DNA of 64,000 nucleotides from Neocallimastix sp. 'constans' (taxonomy: Eukaryota). A program made the translations under genes and the position numbers. The notes under the pieces are model-generated. The model searched no databases. It saw only the letters and a program-made list of their open reading frames with translations, and was not told the DNA's origin. Location: contig JBODTK010000011.1 in NCBI GenBank assembly GCA_050613775.1, positions 744,001 through 808,000 of the forward strand. Reading direction: 5' to 3'. Of this stretch, positions 40,301-51,156 are shown piece after piece (the stretch's first letter is position 1; every line of letters starts with the position of its first letter).

Positions 40301-42674
40301 CCAAAACTACAAAAATCAAGAAAATTTCAAAAATCATTCTGATGAAAATTTTTCTGATAATAAAAATTTTTCAAAAAATGAAGAAAATTCAATAAACAAA
40401 AACAAAAATTTTAATGAAACCTTATCGAATAATAATTCTAATCAAGAGATAAATTTTTCTGAAAATTCAAATATAAATAAGGTTAAAAATTCTAAAACTC
40501 AAAATAATAATGAAATTACTGATGAAGAAAAATTTTTTAATATTAACGACAAAACCTTATTTAATAAGAAATCCAATAATCAAGGAAAAGTTAATGAACA
40601 AACCAATATGTCTTCAAATAAATCTAATATAATTAAAGAAAATTTTAATAAAAATTTTTCTGAAACAAATATTAAAAATAATATATCTACCAGTACTACT
40701 GATAATATATCTAAATCCAAAAATTTTTCAAACCCAAATTATTATAATTTTCCTTCTTCTTCTCAAGAAAATACTATGTTTAATAGAAATAATATTATCT
40801 CTTCTTACATCGACAAAAAGTTCCCTTTTAATGGCAGAAGAAGTGTTAAAGAACTACATATAGATAACCAAAATTATTTTAATACAAATTCATTCAATAG
40901 AATTAATTTACCTCATCATAGGAGCAATTTTCATTTCAAAAATAATAAAAATTTTGAAAATGGAAATATTGATTACTTATTTTCAAATAATCATTTTAAA
41001 ATTAAGAAAAATAATTATTTACATATTAAAAAACAGTTTAATTTTAAAAAACACGGAAGGTCACTTTCGGACGATTTAACACCTTCCCAATCACAAAAAT
41101 TTCGTAGATCAAACTTTAATTCAAAAATTATTGCTACTTTGGATAATTTTGTACCCCAATCATTTTTCCAAGCCACAAATTGTAAAGACCACGTTCTATG
41201 GGAAAAAGCTATGGATAACGAACTGGATAATCTTTATACTAATAAAATTATGACTTTTGTGAACAATATTCCAGATGGTAAGAAACCCATTCCTTCCAAA
41301 TGGGTCTACGCTCTTAAGACTGATGGTCTTGGCCATATTATTAAACATAAAGCTCGTTTTGTCGCTAAAGGTTTCTCTCAAAAATATGGCATTGATTATG
41401 AGTTGACTTTCTCTCCTACCCTTAATATCGATTGTTTAAAACTTCTTATCTCCTTAGCTGCTAAATTTAAATGGGACATTCTCCAATTAGATATCAAAGC
41501 TGCGTATCTCAACGCGGATTTAGACAAAGATATCTATGTCAAAATTCCCCCTGGAGATCCTAACTTTGGGAGGGGATATTGGAAATTGAACAAAGCATTA
41601 TACGGTTTAAAACAATCTGGCCGACAATGGTATAATACCATCTCTAAATTTTTAATTGAACAAGGAATGGAGCAACTAAAATCTGAAAGTTGCGTTTTTA
41701 AGAAAATCGTAAATGGAAAATTAGTCTGTATAATTGGCTTATACGTAGACGATATGATTGTTACTGGAGAAAAGGAAGAAATTAACAAAATCTTCAATAA
41801 AATTAAAAACAAATTCAAGATCTCAAAATCTGGTCCAATAGACTACTTATTGGGAATTAAAGTTGAAAATAGAAATAACACTTATACATTATCTCAAACA
41901 CAATTTATAGAAAATATTTTAAAAACATTTAATATCAATAACAAAAGACTAAGAAAAACACCATGTGTTGGTGATAATACAATATCAGAAAATAACCAAC
42001 CATTCAACAAAACAAAATATAAAAGTGCAATTGGTATGTTAATTTATTTATCAAAATGTACCAGACCCGACATTGCATTTTCAGTCAACAAAGCTGCCAG
42101 AAATTCAGAAAATCCAACAGTATCTGACTGGCACAAAGTTATTGCAATATTACAATATTTAAAAAATACCAAAAATTACAAAATTAAATATGATGGCACT
42201 GGTAACATTGTAGGTTACACAGACTCAGACTTCGCTGGTGACGTTACTGACAGAAAATCAACATCTGGTAATATTATCTTAATGGGAAATAATCCAATAT
42301 CCTGGACCTCGAAAAAACAGTCAGTTGTCGCCACATCAACAGCAGAAGCTGAATACATAAGTGCGTCAGTATGTATCAAGAAATTATTAAGAATTAAAAA
42401 TATATTATACGAATTACTCAAATTTAATAAACCACTAACATTATTCACAGACAATAATGCAAGTAAAATTTCAATGGAAAATGGAGAATTAAATCCAAAA
42501 TTAAAACATATTTCAATTAAATATCACTTTAATAGAGACAATATTGAGAAAAATTTAATTAAATTAAAATATATCAGTACCGATAAAATGCTAGCTGACA
42601 CATTAACAAAATGTGTAAATGGTACTAAAATGACAACCTTTGCAAATCAAATTTTCATTACAAATGAAAACTGA
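37392..42674 (+). CDS. Copia Gag-Pol polyprotein (Gag-CCHC, protease, integrase, RT, RNase H), 1760 aa
   Basis: CEICERRGHSTKEC; WLYDSGA; WHRRLGH; HSDIIGP..SDNAKEY..NGLCER; LYGLKQSG; LYVDD; TDSDFAG..AEAEY..MLADTLTK. IN-RT-RH order is diagnostic of Copia. Confidence 0.98.
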   Translation: MSDFIPFKKEAILNGKNFNIWYDNLTDILEKDDLAEYLTKDILEEAKRDNTKKEEEIKEIKKTNTKVRYIIKNTINSKIHEDIIGMNTPYAIINYLREEYKLSENDMTQWISKLKNVKAEKETEIPSAIKEIFKLFNGMNSSGNIISEKEKVKYLLRALPKSYKMKLTLNGNETAEELKTTIVKDINTWLYVDEQTDKDQRSYDPMDIDYAGKLGYKNRKNLKNKNNNKNFSKKGNPSKQNNKEKFNNNKYNNNNKYCEICERRGHSTKECRYNPRNPNGLYNKYYIQDEQKLNNYHTHNNWHNGRPIRYINLNDEYNENISYDDIKPMFYKYYNPKSKGKYVDDDDSDEYQESEKSNCFINYDKEDVKNEVLIKNNIITRVENKLNLANEIFINNINKKEINTNNTNEIFNINYNKKETSEWLYDSGAGEHITNDLSLLKNFKKEKIKLRCANNTYCYFEGHGEFEFTINNYHFKFNKVLYSKEVAKNIISGIEWAKQDVKTLTEKDKHNNIILRILDNNYNIIATFQANNNNEVKIVVTHFNIENERNNKNNLMAIQNFRNAEELTWHRRLGHFYQEDLKNYLNNHEINLDKCDDCKIAKMKRNPHNKTPPRAKEILEVIHSDIIGPINTSYTGKRFILTILDEASRKSWVFIMKSKSEATDIIINTLRMLNNKYKDYKIKVFKSDNAKEYKNKKIDSFCNENGIEKVFSPPYNPENNGLCERFNLTIVPCAKTLLYWSGLSENFWDFAILYANYIYNKVPHSGIHNKIPDEIFYKNKVKINHIKVFGCITFYIDRSQNKSKFSPNSKKGIFLGFSEKTNSYIIMDFNDNSIHYCREIYCLEDTPANVKLANNKSNQYGDQEFLTFDFYFSKNLPDSSGGENHKAGNHSSKPSENKFNNNNKENSKNTKENYSSLPITNNDDLQENLNKDNSPKRDKWKSPETEDSNDTNINNNIGKDKEIKIAEEETQNYKNQENFKNHSDENFSDNKNFSKNEENSINKNKNFNETLSNNNSNQEINFSENSNINKVKNSKTQNNNEITDEEKFFNINDKTLFNKKSNNQGKVNEQTNMSSNKSNIIKENFNKNFSETNIKNNISTSTTDNISKSKNFSNPNYYNFPSSSQENTMFNRNNIISSYIDKKFPFNGRRSVKELHIDNQNYFNTNSFNRINLPHHRSNFHFKNNKNFENGNIDYLFSNNHFKIKKNNYLHIKKQFNFKKHGRSLSDDLTPSQSQKFRRSNFNSKIIATLDNFVPQSFFQATNCKDHVLWEKAMDNELDNLYTNKIMTFVNNIPDGKKPIPSKWVYALKTDGLGHIIKHKARFVAKGFSQKYGIDYELTFSPTLNIDCLKLLISLAAKFKWDILQLDIKAAYLNADLDKDIYVKIPPGDPNFGRGYWKLNKALYGLKQSGRQWYNTISKFLIEQGMEQLKSESCVFKKIVNGKLVCIIGLYVDDMIVTGEKEEINKIFNKIKNKFKISKSGPIDYLLGIKVENRNNTYTLSQTQFIENILKTFNINNKRLRKTPCVGDNTISENNQPFNKTKYKSAIGMLIYLSKCTRPDIAFSVNKAARNSENPTVSDWHKVIAILQYLKNTKNYKIKYDGTGNIVGYTDSDFAGDVTDRKSTSGNIILMGNNPISWTSKKQSVVATSTAEAEYISASVCIKKLLRIKNILYELLKFNKPLTLFTDNNASKISMENGELNPKLKHISIKYHFNRDNIEKNLIKLKYISTDKMLADTLTKCVNGTKMTTFANQIFITNEN

Positions 42675-43819
42675 TTTGAGGGGGAGTGTTAAAGTATTAA
42701 ATAATATAAATAAATAAACTTAATAATTTAGGTTTATAATTAAATAATAGAAAATATAAATCATAAATATTTATGTAAAAACTAAACTTAAAATGTAAAT
42801 TAACATTATTTATGTTAATACATAATTAAATGTAAATCATTAAATTTATCATGCGCATGTAAATAGTTTCTTTATTCTTGTTTATTCACGTGAAATAATA
42901 ATATAGTTTATATAAAAATAATTGTTTATTTTATAGACGAAAATTTGCGACTTTCGTCAATATAATATTTTATAATAAATAAATAAATGTATGAATAATT
43001 AATAATTAAATAAATTCCATTAATAATAATAATAATAAAAAAGTTTTTAATATTGATCATACGAACGAAAATAAAATTTTTAAAAATTATAAGATATATT
43101 TAAATATATAATTACAATGTTCTATGATCACATATAGATATTAACACGAGGGCTGAAATGATATAAAAATTGAAATTCACTTCTATGTAATTGGAATATT
43201 ATATTATTATTAATAATATAATTGTTAGTTACTAATTGCCCTTTGTTAAAACAGATATCGGCAAAAGCTATATCTCGTTATATCTATTAAAAAAAAAAAA
43301 ATATATATATATGTATATATGTAATATAAAAAATTATAAAATATTATTATTTATTTAATAAATAATTCATATGTATAATTTAAATTATTACTTATTTATT
43401 CATCTAATGAATAATATAACATATATATAATATAAATAATAAAATGTTATTATTTATTTAATAAATATGAAAAATATATAATATATAATATATAATTTAA
43501 AATTATTATTATTTTCATTCATTTAATGAATAATATACAATATATATATATATATTGTAAAATTAATTATTATTATTATTATTTATTTATTTATTAATGC
43601 AAAATATATATAAAATATAATATAAATTTATAAATTATTGCTCATTTAATTATTTATTTAAAATAAATTTTAATTCAAAATTTAAATTTCAATTTTTTAA
43701 ATTGAAATTGCAATTAAATATTTAATTTTATTTAAATTTTATTTCTTTTTAATATTTCTTAATTTATTATTTCTTAAATTGTTCTTCTTTCATTGAACAA
43801 TTCAAATGAAAAGGAGCAA

Positions 43820-44130
43820 TGTAAGAAATACAAATAAATTTATTAATAATTTATTTACATTTCTTAGTTATTATAATTTATTTAATTAAATATTTATTTA
43901 TTCATTTAATAATATAGTCATTTTATTTAACTTTATATTTATTTATACATTTAATAATTATATTTATTTTATTTAATTTATAATTATTTATTCACTTATA
44001 TTTATATATTAGTTAGAAAACAATATTAAGGTTTTCCCAAGTTAATTGGTTTTACTTAATATTGATTCATCTAGAGTTTTTCCGCTAATCTTTTCTCTAG
44101 ATGTAAAAAAGTTAAGGTTAGCAAAACTTT
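43820..44130 (+). mobile_element. Internal second PPT plus truncated E-type LTR inside the family A element
   Basis: GAAAAGGAGCAA-TGTAAGAAAT, then the conserved GGTTTTCC..GGTTTTACTTAAT..CTAATCTTTT block. Confidence 0.75.
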
Positions 44131-44813
44131 AAATAAATTATATAATTTTATATTTTTTTGGTTAATTATAATTTTTATTTTAAACTTACTACTTCTTTTA
44201 TGATAATGAATTTATACAAATTCATTAAGTAAAGGGAGCAATGTAAGAAACTTAGATAAATTTATTATAAAATTTATCTATCTTTCTTATTTAATACATT
44301 AATTTAATACATTAAATTATTGTATTTATTTTAACCAATAATATTTAATTATTAATTTATATATATTTGATTCTCTTGATTTCTCGAAGAGAACTCAAGA
44401 GTTATTATTTTAGAATTTTTATAATAAATAATAATTCAAATAAAATAATTAATTAATAAAACAAAACCCTTTTAATAAAACATATTTTATAAATATTTGT
44501 GTCTTTTATTCCTTTTGTGTTATTGTTTATTATAAACTTTCTATAATAAACTCTATCATATATTTAAGTTAAGTATAATTATTTATTTATATTATTTTAT
44601 ATTTATTTGATTATATTTAATTTTATTTTCTCAAATTAATGTTAATTAGTAATAATTAATGTTAATTTGTAGTTAAGAAATTATTTATAATAAATTTTAT
44701 AAGTAATTTCTTACATTGATTGGCCGAAATTGCTAACTGTTTAGAGATACGTTACGTAACCAAAGAACTATCATTGGATAGGCTTGAAGTTACCATGTAT
44801 CTGTTACAATAAC

Positions 44814-46089
44814 TGTAAAAGATACATGGTAACTTCAAGCCTATCCAATGATAGTCCTTTGGTTACGTGTTGAAATTATAACTGAATTGAAATCTCAATT
44901 TCAGTTATTTACATTTCAATAATTAAAAATATTATTTATTTAATTATAAATAATAAATAATATATAATTATATAATTAATAATTAATATAAATTCTTGTT
45001 TAATATTTAAAGGGTTATCTTAGGAATAATAATTCTGAGAATATTAATAAATAAGGTTTATATTAATAATTAATTTCAATTCTACATTTGACGTCACGTG
45101 TATTTTATTTATATTATGTTTTTATATATGTTTACAACATATCTATATTAATTTCAATTATTCAAATTAATTATATAATTAAATTTATCTTTATATTTTA
45201 TTAATATTTATATTACTATATTATTAATATCTTATAATTAAATATTATTATTATGTAACTTACAAAGTATTAAAGAAAGATGTTAAAATCTATCTTTTAT
45301 GCTCTTTGTAAGGTTATTGCAAAATTACCTTAATAGTAATATATTATAGATATTTCATTATTAAATAAAATTAATAATTTTAAAATCAAATTAATTTAAT
45401 AATTCTAATTATCAAAGTTTATTATAAATAAATTTTTATTAAACTAAACCATTTATATATTTATTATTATTATTATATATCTATATAGCTTATTACTATA
45501 TAGACATATCGACTTTGTAAATTTTTAATAAAACATATTATTTTATTTAAATTTAGAACATAAAATATATTAAAATCTTAATATTACGTAACGTATCTAA
45601 ACAGTTAGCAATTTCGGCTAATCAAATAAAATCTTTTCTTAATTTCGTACATTAAATTTTATTATTTTATAGTTAATTATATAGTTAAATATTTAGTTAA
45701 ATATATTTTATTTAGTGATTAGTAAACTAAGTTAAATTAAATTATTTACCAATCATAAAATTATTAACATGTATAAATAGTAATTGAACTTGAACTTGTA
45801 ACTGTAACGCACTAGCTTTACTATTAATGTAAATTGTTATTATAAATATTAATAAATAAAAATATAATTATTAAATAAATATAGTTACTTTGTGTAAGCC
45901 CAGTAACTAATAACGAATAGAGTTATAAAGTGCTGCGCTATATTCTAGTGTGACAGAAATAATATTTATAAATATAATTAATTTTAGTGTTTATTATTAA
46001 CAACTCGAATAGAGAGGTGTTAAGTTATCTTAACCTTTGAATTTAATTATTGTTCGTTATTTTAGTTAATAATAAACTTACCTTTTACA
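44814..46089. mobile_element. LTR family B, inverted copy (split by LTR F1); possible 5' LTR of the + strand Gypsy
   Basis: TGTAAAAGATAC...CCTTTTACA, ~555 bp after removing F1; reverse complement of 34949-35501. Confidence 0.85.
44868..45583. mobile_element. Solo LTR family F (F1), TSD TTACG
   Basis: TGTTGAAATT...CTTAATA flanked by TTACG; homologous to 59429-60132. Confidence 0.9.
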
Positions 46090-46572
46090 TCTGACAAAGT
46101 TTGGTTATTATCTTAATTTAGAATTTACTTCTAAAAGTGATAATAATGTGTCAATTAAAAAATAGTTTAACACAGAAATGTTAATTAAAACACTAAAGTT
46201 TAAAGTAAGAAAAGAATATTTATTTTTTTTTTTATAATAAAACTTTATTTATTGATATAAAATTGTACTTTTTATTATTTAGAATATTTATATTCTGTAA
46301 AGATATTATTAATATCTTTATAAATTTTAATTAAATTTAATCATAAATTTAAGTAAAATTGGAATAAATCTATTAAAAATCACGTGTATAAAATTATTGC
46401 AAATAATTTTAAACAAAACTTCGACTTCTTCCCAATCATACTAATAAATTAAAAATTTCTCTTGTGAAACTAGTAATTGAAAATCATTTCTTTTTATGTA
46501 ATTTAATTTAAATAATAAGAGTTAAGGTTTTTTACAAGATAAATTAACAACATGAAACTATGCAATTAGTCA

Positions 46573-47106
46573 TGTTGAAACTTGCGGCATTTTATGCTAA
46601 AATTATATTAAATAATTATGACAACTTTTATATTATTTTTAAATAGAAAATATAATAAGAATTTATTAATAATATTTAAATAATAAATAAATAATAAATG
46701 AGCTCGATTGAAATTGTTTATATTTATTTTAGTTATTAATTATAATTCTCTTTATTTAGTAATAGTTAATTATTTATTATTAGTTTAGGTTAGTATTGTT
46801 TTTAAATAAATAGTTAGATAATATAATTCAATAGGAATTATATATTATAAATGTAATAAGATAAAAATATAAATAGTTAACCAAATTTCATGTATTTTAA
46901 TCGATGTAATTGTTATTAACGATTTATTGTTAATAACACTAATAATTAATAAAGATTATTTTAAAATTTAAATATAATAAAACTTATTTGTTTATAAAAC
47001 ATTTTTGTGTTATTTAGTGTTATTATAATTTTTGACTTATAATCTATTTTTTAAATCAAAACTTTATAATAACAATTACCTTTTTCTCTCAATAAAATAC
47101 GTTATA
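46573..47106. mobile_element. Solo LTR family H, TSD AGTCA
   Basis: TGTTGAAAC...CGTTATA flanked by AGTCA at 46568-46572 and 47107-47111. Confidence 0.75.
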
Positions 47107-47528
47107 AGTCAAGATTATAACACGTGATACGTTAACAGTGGCTTGTGTGTGGCTTGATTCAAAATATTTTTTTACCAGAGATTTTACCAGGGAATTTTAG
47201 CTACCTACTTTTGACACCAACGCTTTTGGAATACTACCAGTCTAAGGGAATTACTACCAGTTTTAGATTATTGCTACCAGTTTCAGAATATTGCCACCAG
47301 CTCTATAATATTGCTACCGAAATTACAATTACACGTCTTAGAACAAGATTCGAAAAACCATAAACCTTTAATATTTTAATTTATAACGTTTCGTTTACTC
47401 GACAGCACCGCTTCAAAGGATAGAGCTAGATCGACTAGATGAAAAAACGTTATAGTTTGAAATATTTATTTGTTTGATATTTTTGTTAAAGAAATTGCAA
47501 AAATTTAAGTCAATTTAAAATAATCAAA

Positions 47529-50045
47529 TTGGAGGGATTTAACAACCTAATAAGAAGATTCGAAGATCTTAAACTGCAAGAAATGAATCAAGAGAATCAT
47601 CAAGTTCTGCCCCGTAACAATCAAAAGATTGTTAACGAACCACCGCTATTTTCTGGAATCAAGAAGGACTTTGATGGCTTCCTTACAAGAGCTGAAATAG
47701 CTATGGAAGCCAATCCACAAGGTTTCAATAATGACCATACAAAGGTCAGATTTATAATTTCTTATCTTGTCGGTGATCCCTTGATATGGGCCTCAAACTT
47801 GCGAAGAAATAATGATCCCCTGCTCAATGTTTATGAAGATTTTATTCAAGAATTAAGAAATCAATTTGGAGAGCAGGACATGAGCACAGTTGTCGCAAAC
47901 GGTAAATTATGCAGCATCCGACAACATAAATTTGGTCATGTTAGTGAGTATATAAATGAATTTAATAAAATCAGCAGACATTCAGATTTTAACGATTCTG
48001 CTAAGATTTATATGTTTGTAAAAGGACTTCACTACAAGATGAGGGAGCACCTTGCAGTGGTAAATCCAAATCCCAACAACTTAAGAAGACTTTTCACTGA
48101 TGTCCTTAGTATCGAAAGCTTAACTAAGAGACATGAAATAAATGAATTTTTCTATCATAATTATTACCATCGTAAGGAAATAAATAATAATAATCATGCG
48201 TCTACTAGTGATCCAATGGAAATAGATTTATACAGAATTAAGAGAGGACAAACTAATACAAGTTACTTCCCTTCTAACCAGAAATTATATCAAGAAAACT
48301 CGAATTCAAGAGATGAAGAAAGAAGGAAAGGATTGTGCTATTATTGTAAAAAACCAGGTCATCGCTATTTTAACTGTCCAAATAAGAAGAAACCTGCCGG
48401 AGTCAAGATTATCAGTAAACAAGAAAACACCGCTACCACACCCTCAAGTAGTTTAAGAAGAATCAGAAGAATCAACAGCCAAGAAGATATTGTCAAAGTT
48501 AGAAAAATCGTGGAAGAACAAAACTCACTATTGACAAAGAAAAGTAATATCATTGATTTCTATATTAAAACAAACGATACAGAAGAAGTAAAAGCAAGAG
48601 TTCTGATCGATTCTGGTTCTGATCTTAATTTTATCCATCCTGAATTCGCTAAAGCCTTTGGAATTAAAACAAAAGAAATCGAAGAACCTTTCCGTGTTAC
48701 TGGTCTTGGATATGGTGTTTCATCAGTAAAAAAGTAAACTGAGAAATGCGTTCTTCGTTTAAGGAACCACTTGGAAACGATTCAACTCTATGTTCTCAGG
48801 ATTCCTGATGTTGATATTATCTTGGGTTTACCATGGATCAATAAGCACTCCCCCTACAACTACCATGACGCAAAGAAGATTTCTTTCGGATCCGGTTTCT
48901 GTGCAAGACATTGTAACAATGGTAAAAGAAAAAGGAAAAACAAGAACAAGAAAAGGAACAAAGGAAAAGAACCTGCTACCGACCTAGAAGAAAACAAAGT
49001 TATTATTGAAGAATCAAGAAAAAGAAAACCTCTCTTTGACTCTGATTCCGACTCTGACTCAGAAGAAGAAATTTCTATTCGTGGCCGCCGAACTCGTATT
49101 AGAACTTGCTCTGAATTTAATAATTATGATAGTGATAGTGATATTAATGATACTTTTATGTTAGATAATTTTAGTGATAGCATTAGTGATAGTGATAACT
49201 TTAGCGATAGTGATGATATTATTGTTATGAATTGTGATAGTAAAATTAGTACTAATAGTTTAAGGATTTTAAAGAAAATTTGTGAATCTAGTAAATGTAA
49301 GTAATTAAATGTAATTGAAAAATGTAATGATGAAAATAATAATTTAAATAAAGATGGTGAAAAGGTCGAAGTACCTGAAATCTATTTGATGTTTAAAGAA
49401 GTGTTTAATGAAAATAATTGTAATGTGTTACCTCCGCATCGTAATTATGATTGTGAAATTAAATTAAAAGATAATTGTAGTCTATTTTATGGTCCGTTGT
49501 ACCCTTTAACTGAAACGGAGAGAGAAGAATTAAAGAAATATTTAGAAGAGAATTTAAAAAAGGGTTTTATTAGGAAATCTTCTTCTCCTGCTGGTGCACC
49601 TATTTTATTTGTTAGAAAAAAGGATGGTACTTATAGACTAGTTATTGATTATAGAAAATTGAACGAAATGACCATCCGTAACTCTTATCCACTTCCTCTA
49701 ATTAGTGAATTGTTGGATAGAGTTAAAGGTGCTAAATATTTTACTAAGTTAGATTTAAAATCTGCTTATAACTTAGTAAGAATTAAAGAAGGTGACGAGT
49801 ACAAAACTGCCTTTCGTACAAGATACGGGCACTTTGAATATCTCGTTATGCCTTTTGGGCTTAAGAATGCCCCTGCTACATTCCAACATTTTATAAATGA
49901 TGTTCTCAGTGATTACTTAGATGATTTTGTAATCTCTTATATTGATGACATTTTAATTTATTCAAATACTTTAGAAGAACACCATGTACATGTTAAGAAA
50001 GTTTTAAGAAAATTATTAGAGAATCATTTAGTTGTAAAATTTTAA
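47529..50045 (+). pseudogene. Ty3/Gypsy (Tf1/chromovirus-like) gag-pol, two in-frame stops, truncated in RT
   Basis: The three ORFs share one frame. Gag with CYYCKKPGHRYFNC; protease [39 protein letters not shown]. Coding sequence ends abruptly at ~50040; no RNase H or integrase. Confidence 0.93.
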
Positions 50046-50358
50046 TAATAATATTTAATAGTTATAATAAATAAACTTTTATAATAATATTTAATTAATA
50101 GTTTTTAATAATTTAGTATTTTAAAAGTATAATTTTAATATTTACAATTGTATTTTAACATATACATATATTTAATAGTATGACAATAAAGTAAGTAATT
50201 AAAATTGATTTAACATTATTTACAAGTTAAAATTAATTTATATCAAAATAAATTAAATTTTATTATTAAGTTTAGGTTATCAAGAATATAGGAAAGTACA
50301 ATTTAGTAAAGAATTATTAATAATAAAATAAAGGTTATTAATTCATTCTTTACCAATA

Positions 50359-51150
50359 TGTAAGAAACTATAATTATTTGTTAAATAATTATAATTTCTT
50401 TATTTGATTATTTATCTATTACATAATTTATATATTCATTCATTAAATTTGTAATTATTTATCAAGTTAATATGTATTTGTACATTTAATTATAGTTTTA
50501 ATTTAATTAAAATTTTTCTTTAAATTTATTTAGTATACATTTATTTTATTTAATTTATTTAATTAATTATAAATTTTATTAATTTCTATAGTAATAAATT
50601 AATTATTTAATTATTATTTTTAAATTAAAATTTGAATTAACTTATTCGGACTTTAAAGTTTTTTATTTTCTTATTAAAATATAAATTAATTTTATCGGAC
50701 TTTAAGGTTTTTTCTAATTTATTATAATAATAAATTTGTTTTTCCTTAAAGAACTTATCTAGTTTTTTCTTCTAATCTTTTTCTAGATAAGATAATTGTT
50801 AAGATTAGAAAACCTTTTAAATTATTATTTTATATAAAATTTCATTATTTAATTTTTCGTATAAATAGCTATTGATTTCTCTAAATTTTTGAGAAATCAA
50901 GAGTTATTATTATATAACAAATATTAAATAAATATATAATAATAATAAATAAAATCTACAACATTTTCGATAAGTGTTCTTTTATTTTGTGTTGTTTATT
51001 ATATTTGTTTATAATAAACTCTTCTTTGTCAAGATAAGTTAAAATTTTCTTTATTTTTTTTAATTGTTTTCTTATTTTCTCAACTTGATGTTAGTATCAG
51101 GTTGTAGTTAATAATTTTGTTATAATAAATATTATAATGAAATTATTACA
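50359..51150 (+). mobile_element. Solo LTR family C (792 bp), TSD CAATA
   Basis: TGTAAGAAAC...TTATTACA; inverted copy at 58194-58984. Confidence 0.92.
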
Positions 51151-51156
51151 CAATAA

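Larger units (their letters stand above)
36866..43025 (+). mobile_element. Intact full-length Ty1/Copia retrotransposon (LTRs 36866-37204 and 42687-43025; TSD ATAAT)
   Basis: 339-bp LTRs with one mismatch seen, TG...TA termini, PBS 37205-37219, PPT GAGGGGGAG at 42678-42686, single intact ORF. Confidence 0.98.
35527..44715 (+). mobile_element. Non-autonomous LTR element, family A (LTRs 35527-36002 and 44242-44715), interrupted by the Copia element
   Basis: Two ~475-bp direct LTRs TGTAAGAAAC...TTTCTTACA; PBS-position 12-mer ATAATAACTCTT; PPT AAAGGGAGCAA before the 3' LTR; ~2 kb non-coding interior once the Copia is removed. Confidence 0.85.

Noticed and set aside
39484..42454. Alternate-frame and antisense ORFs within the Copia (and similarly within Gypsy, TBC and Cys-rich genes)
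   Set aside because: Shadows of real coding sequence.
48735..48737. TAA after the first Gypsy ORF as a programmed gag-pol readthrough site
   Set aside because: It lies inside the protease domain, after DSG; a second stop and the RT truncation indicate decay.
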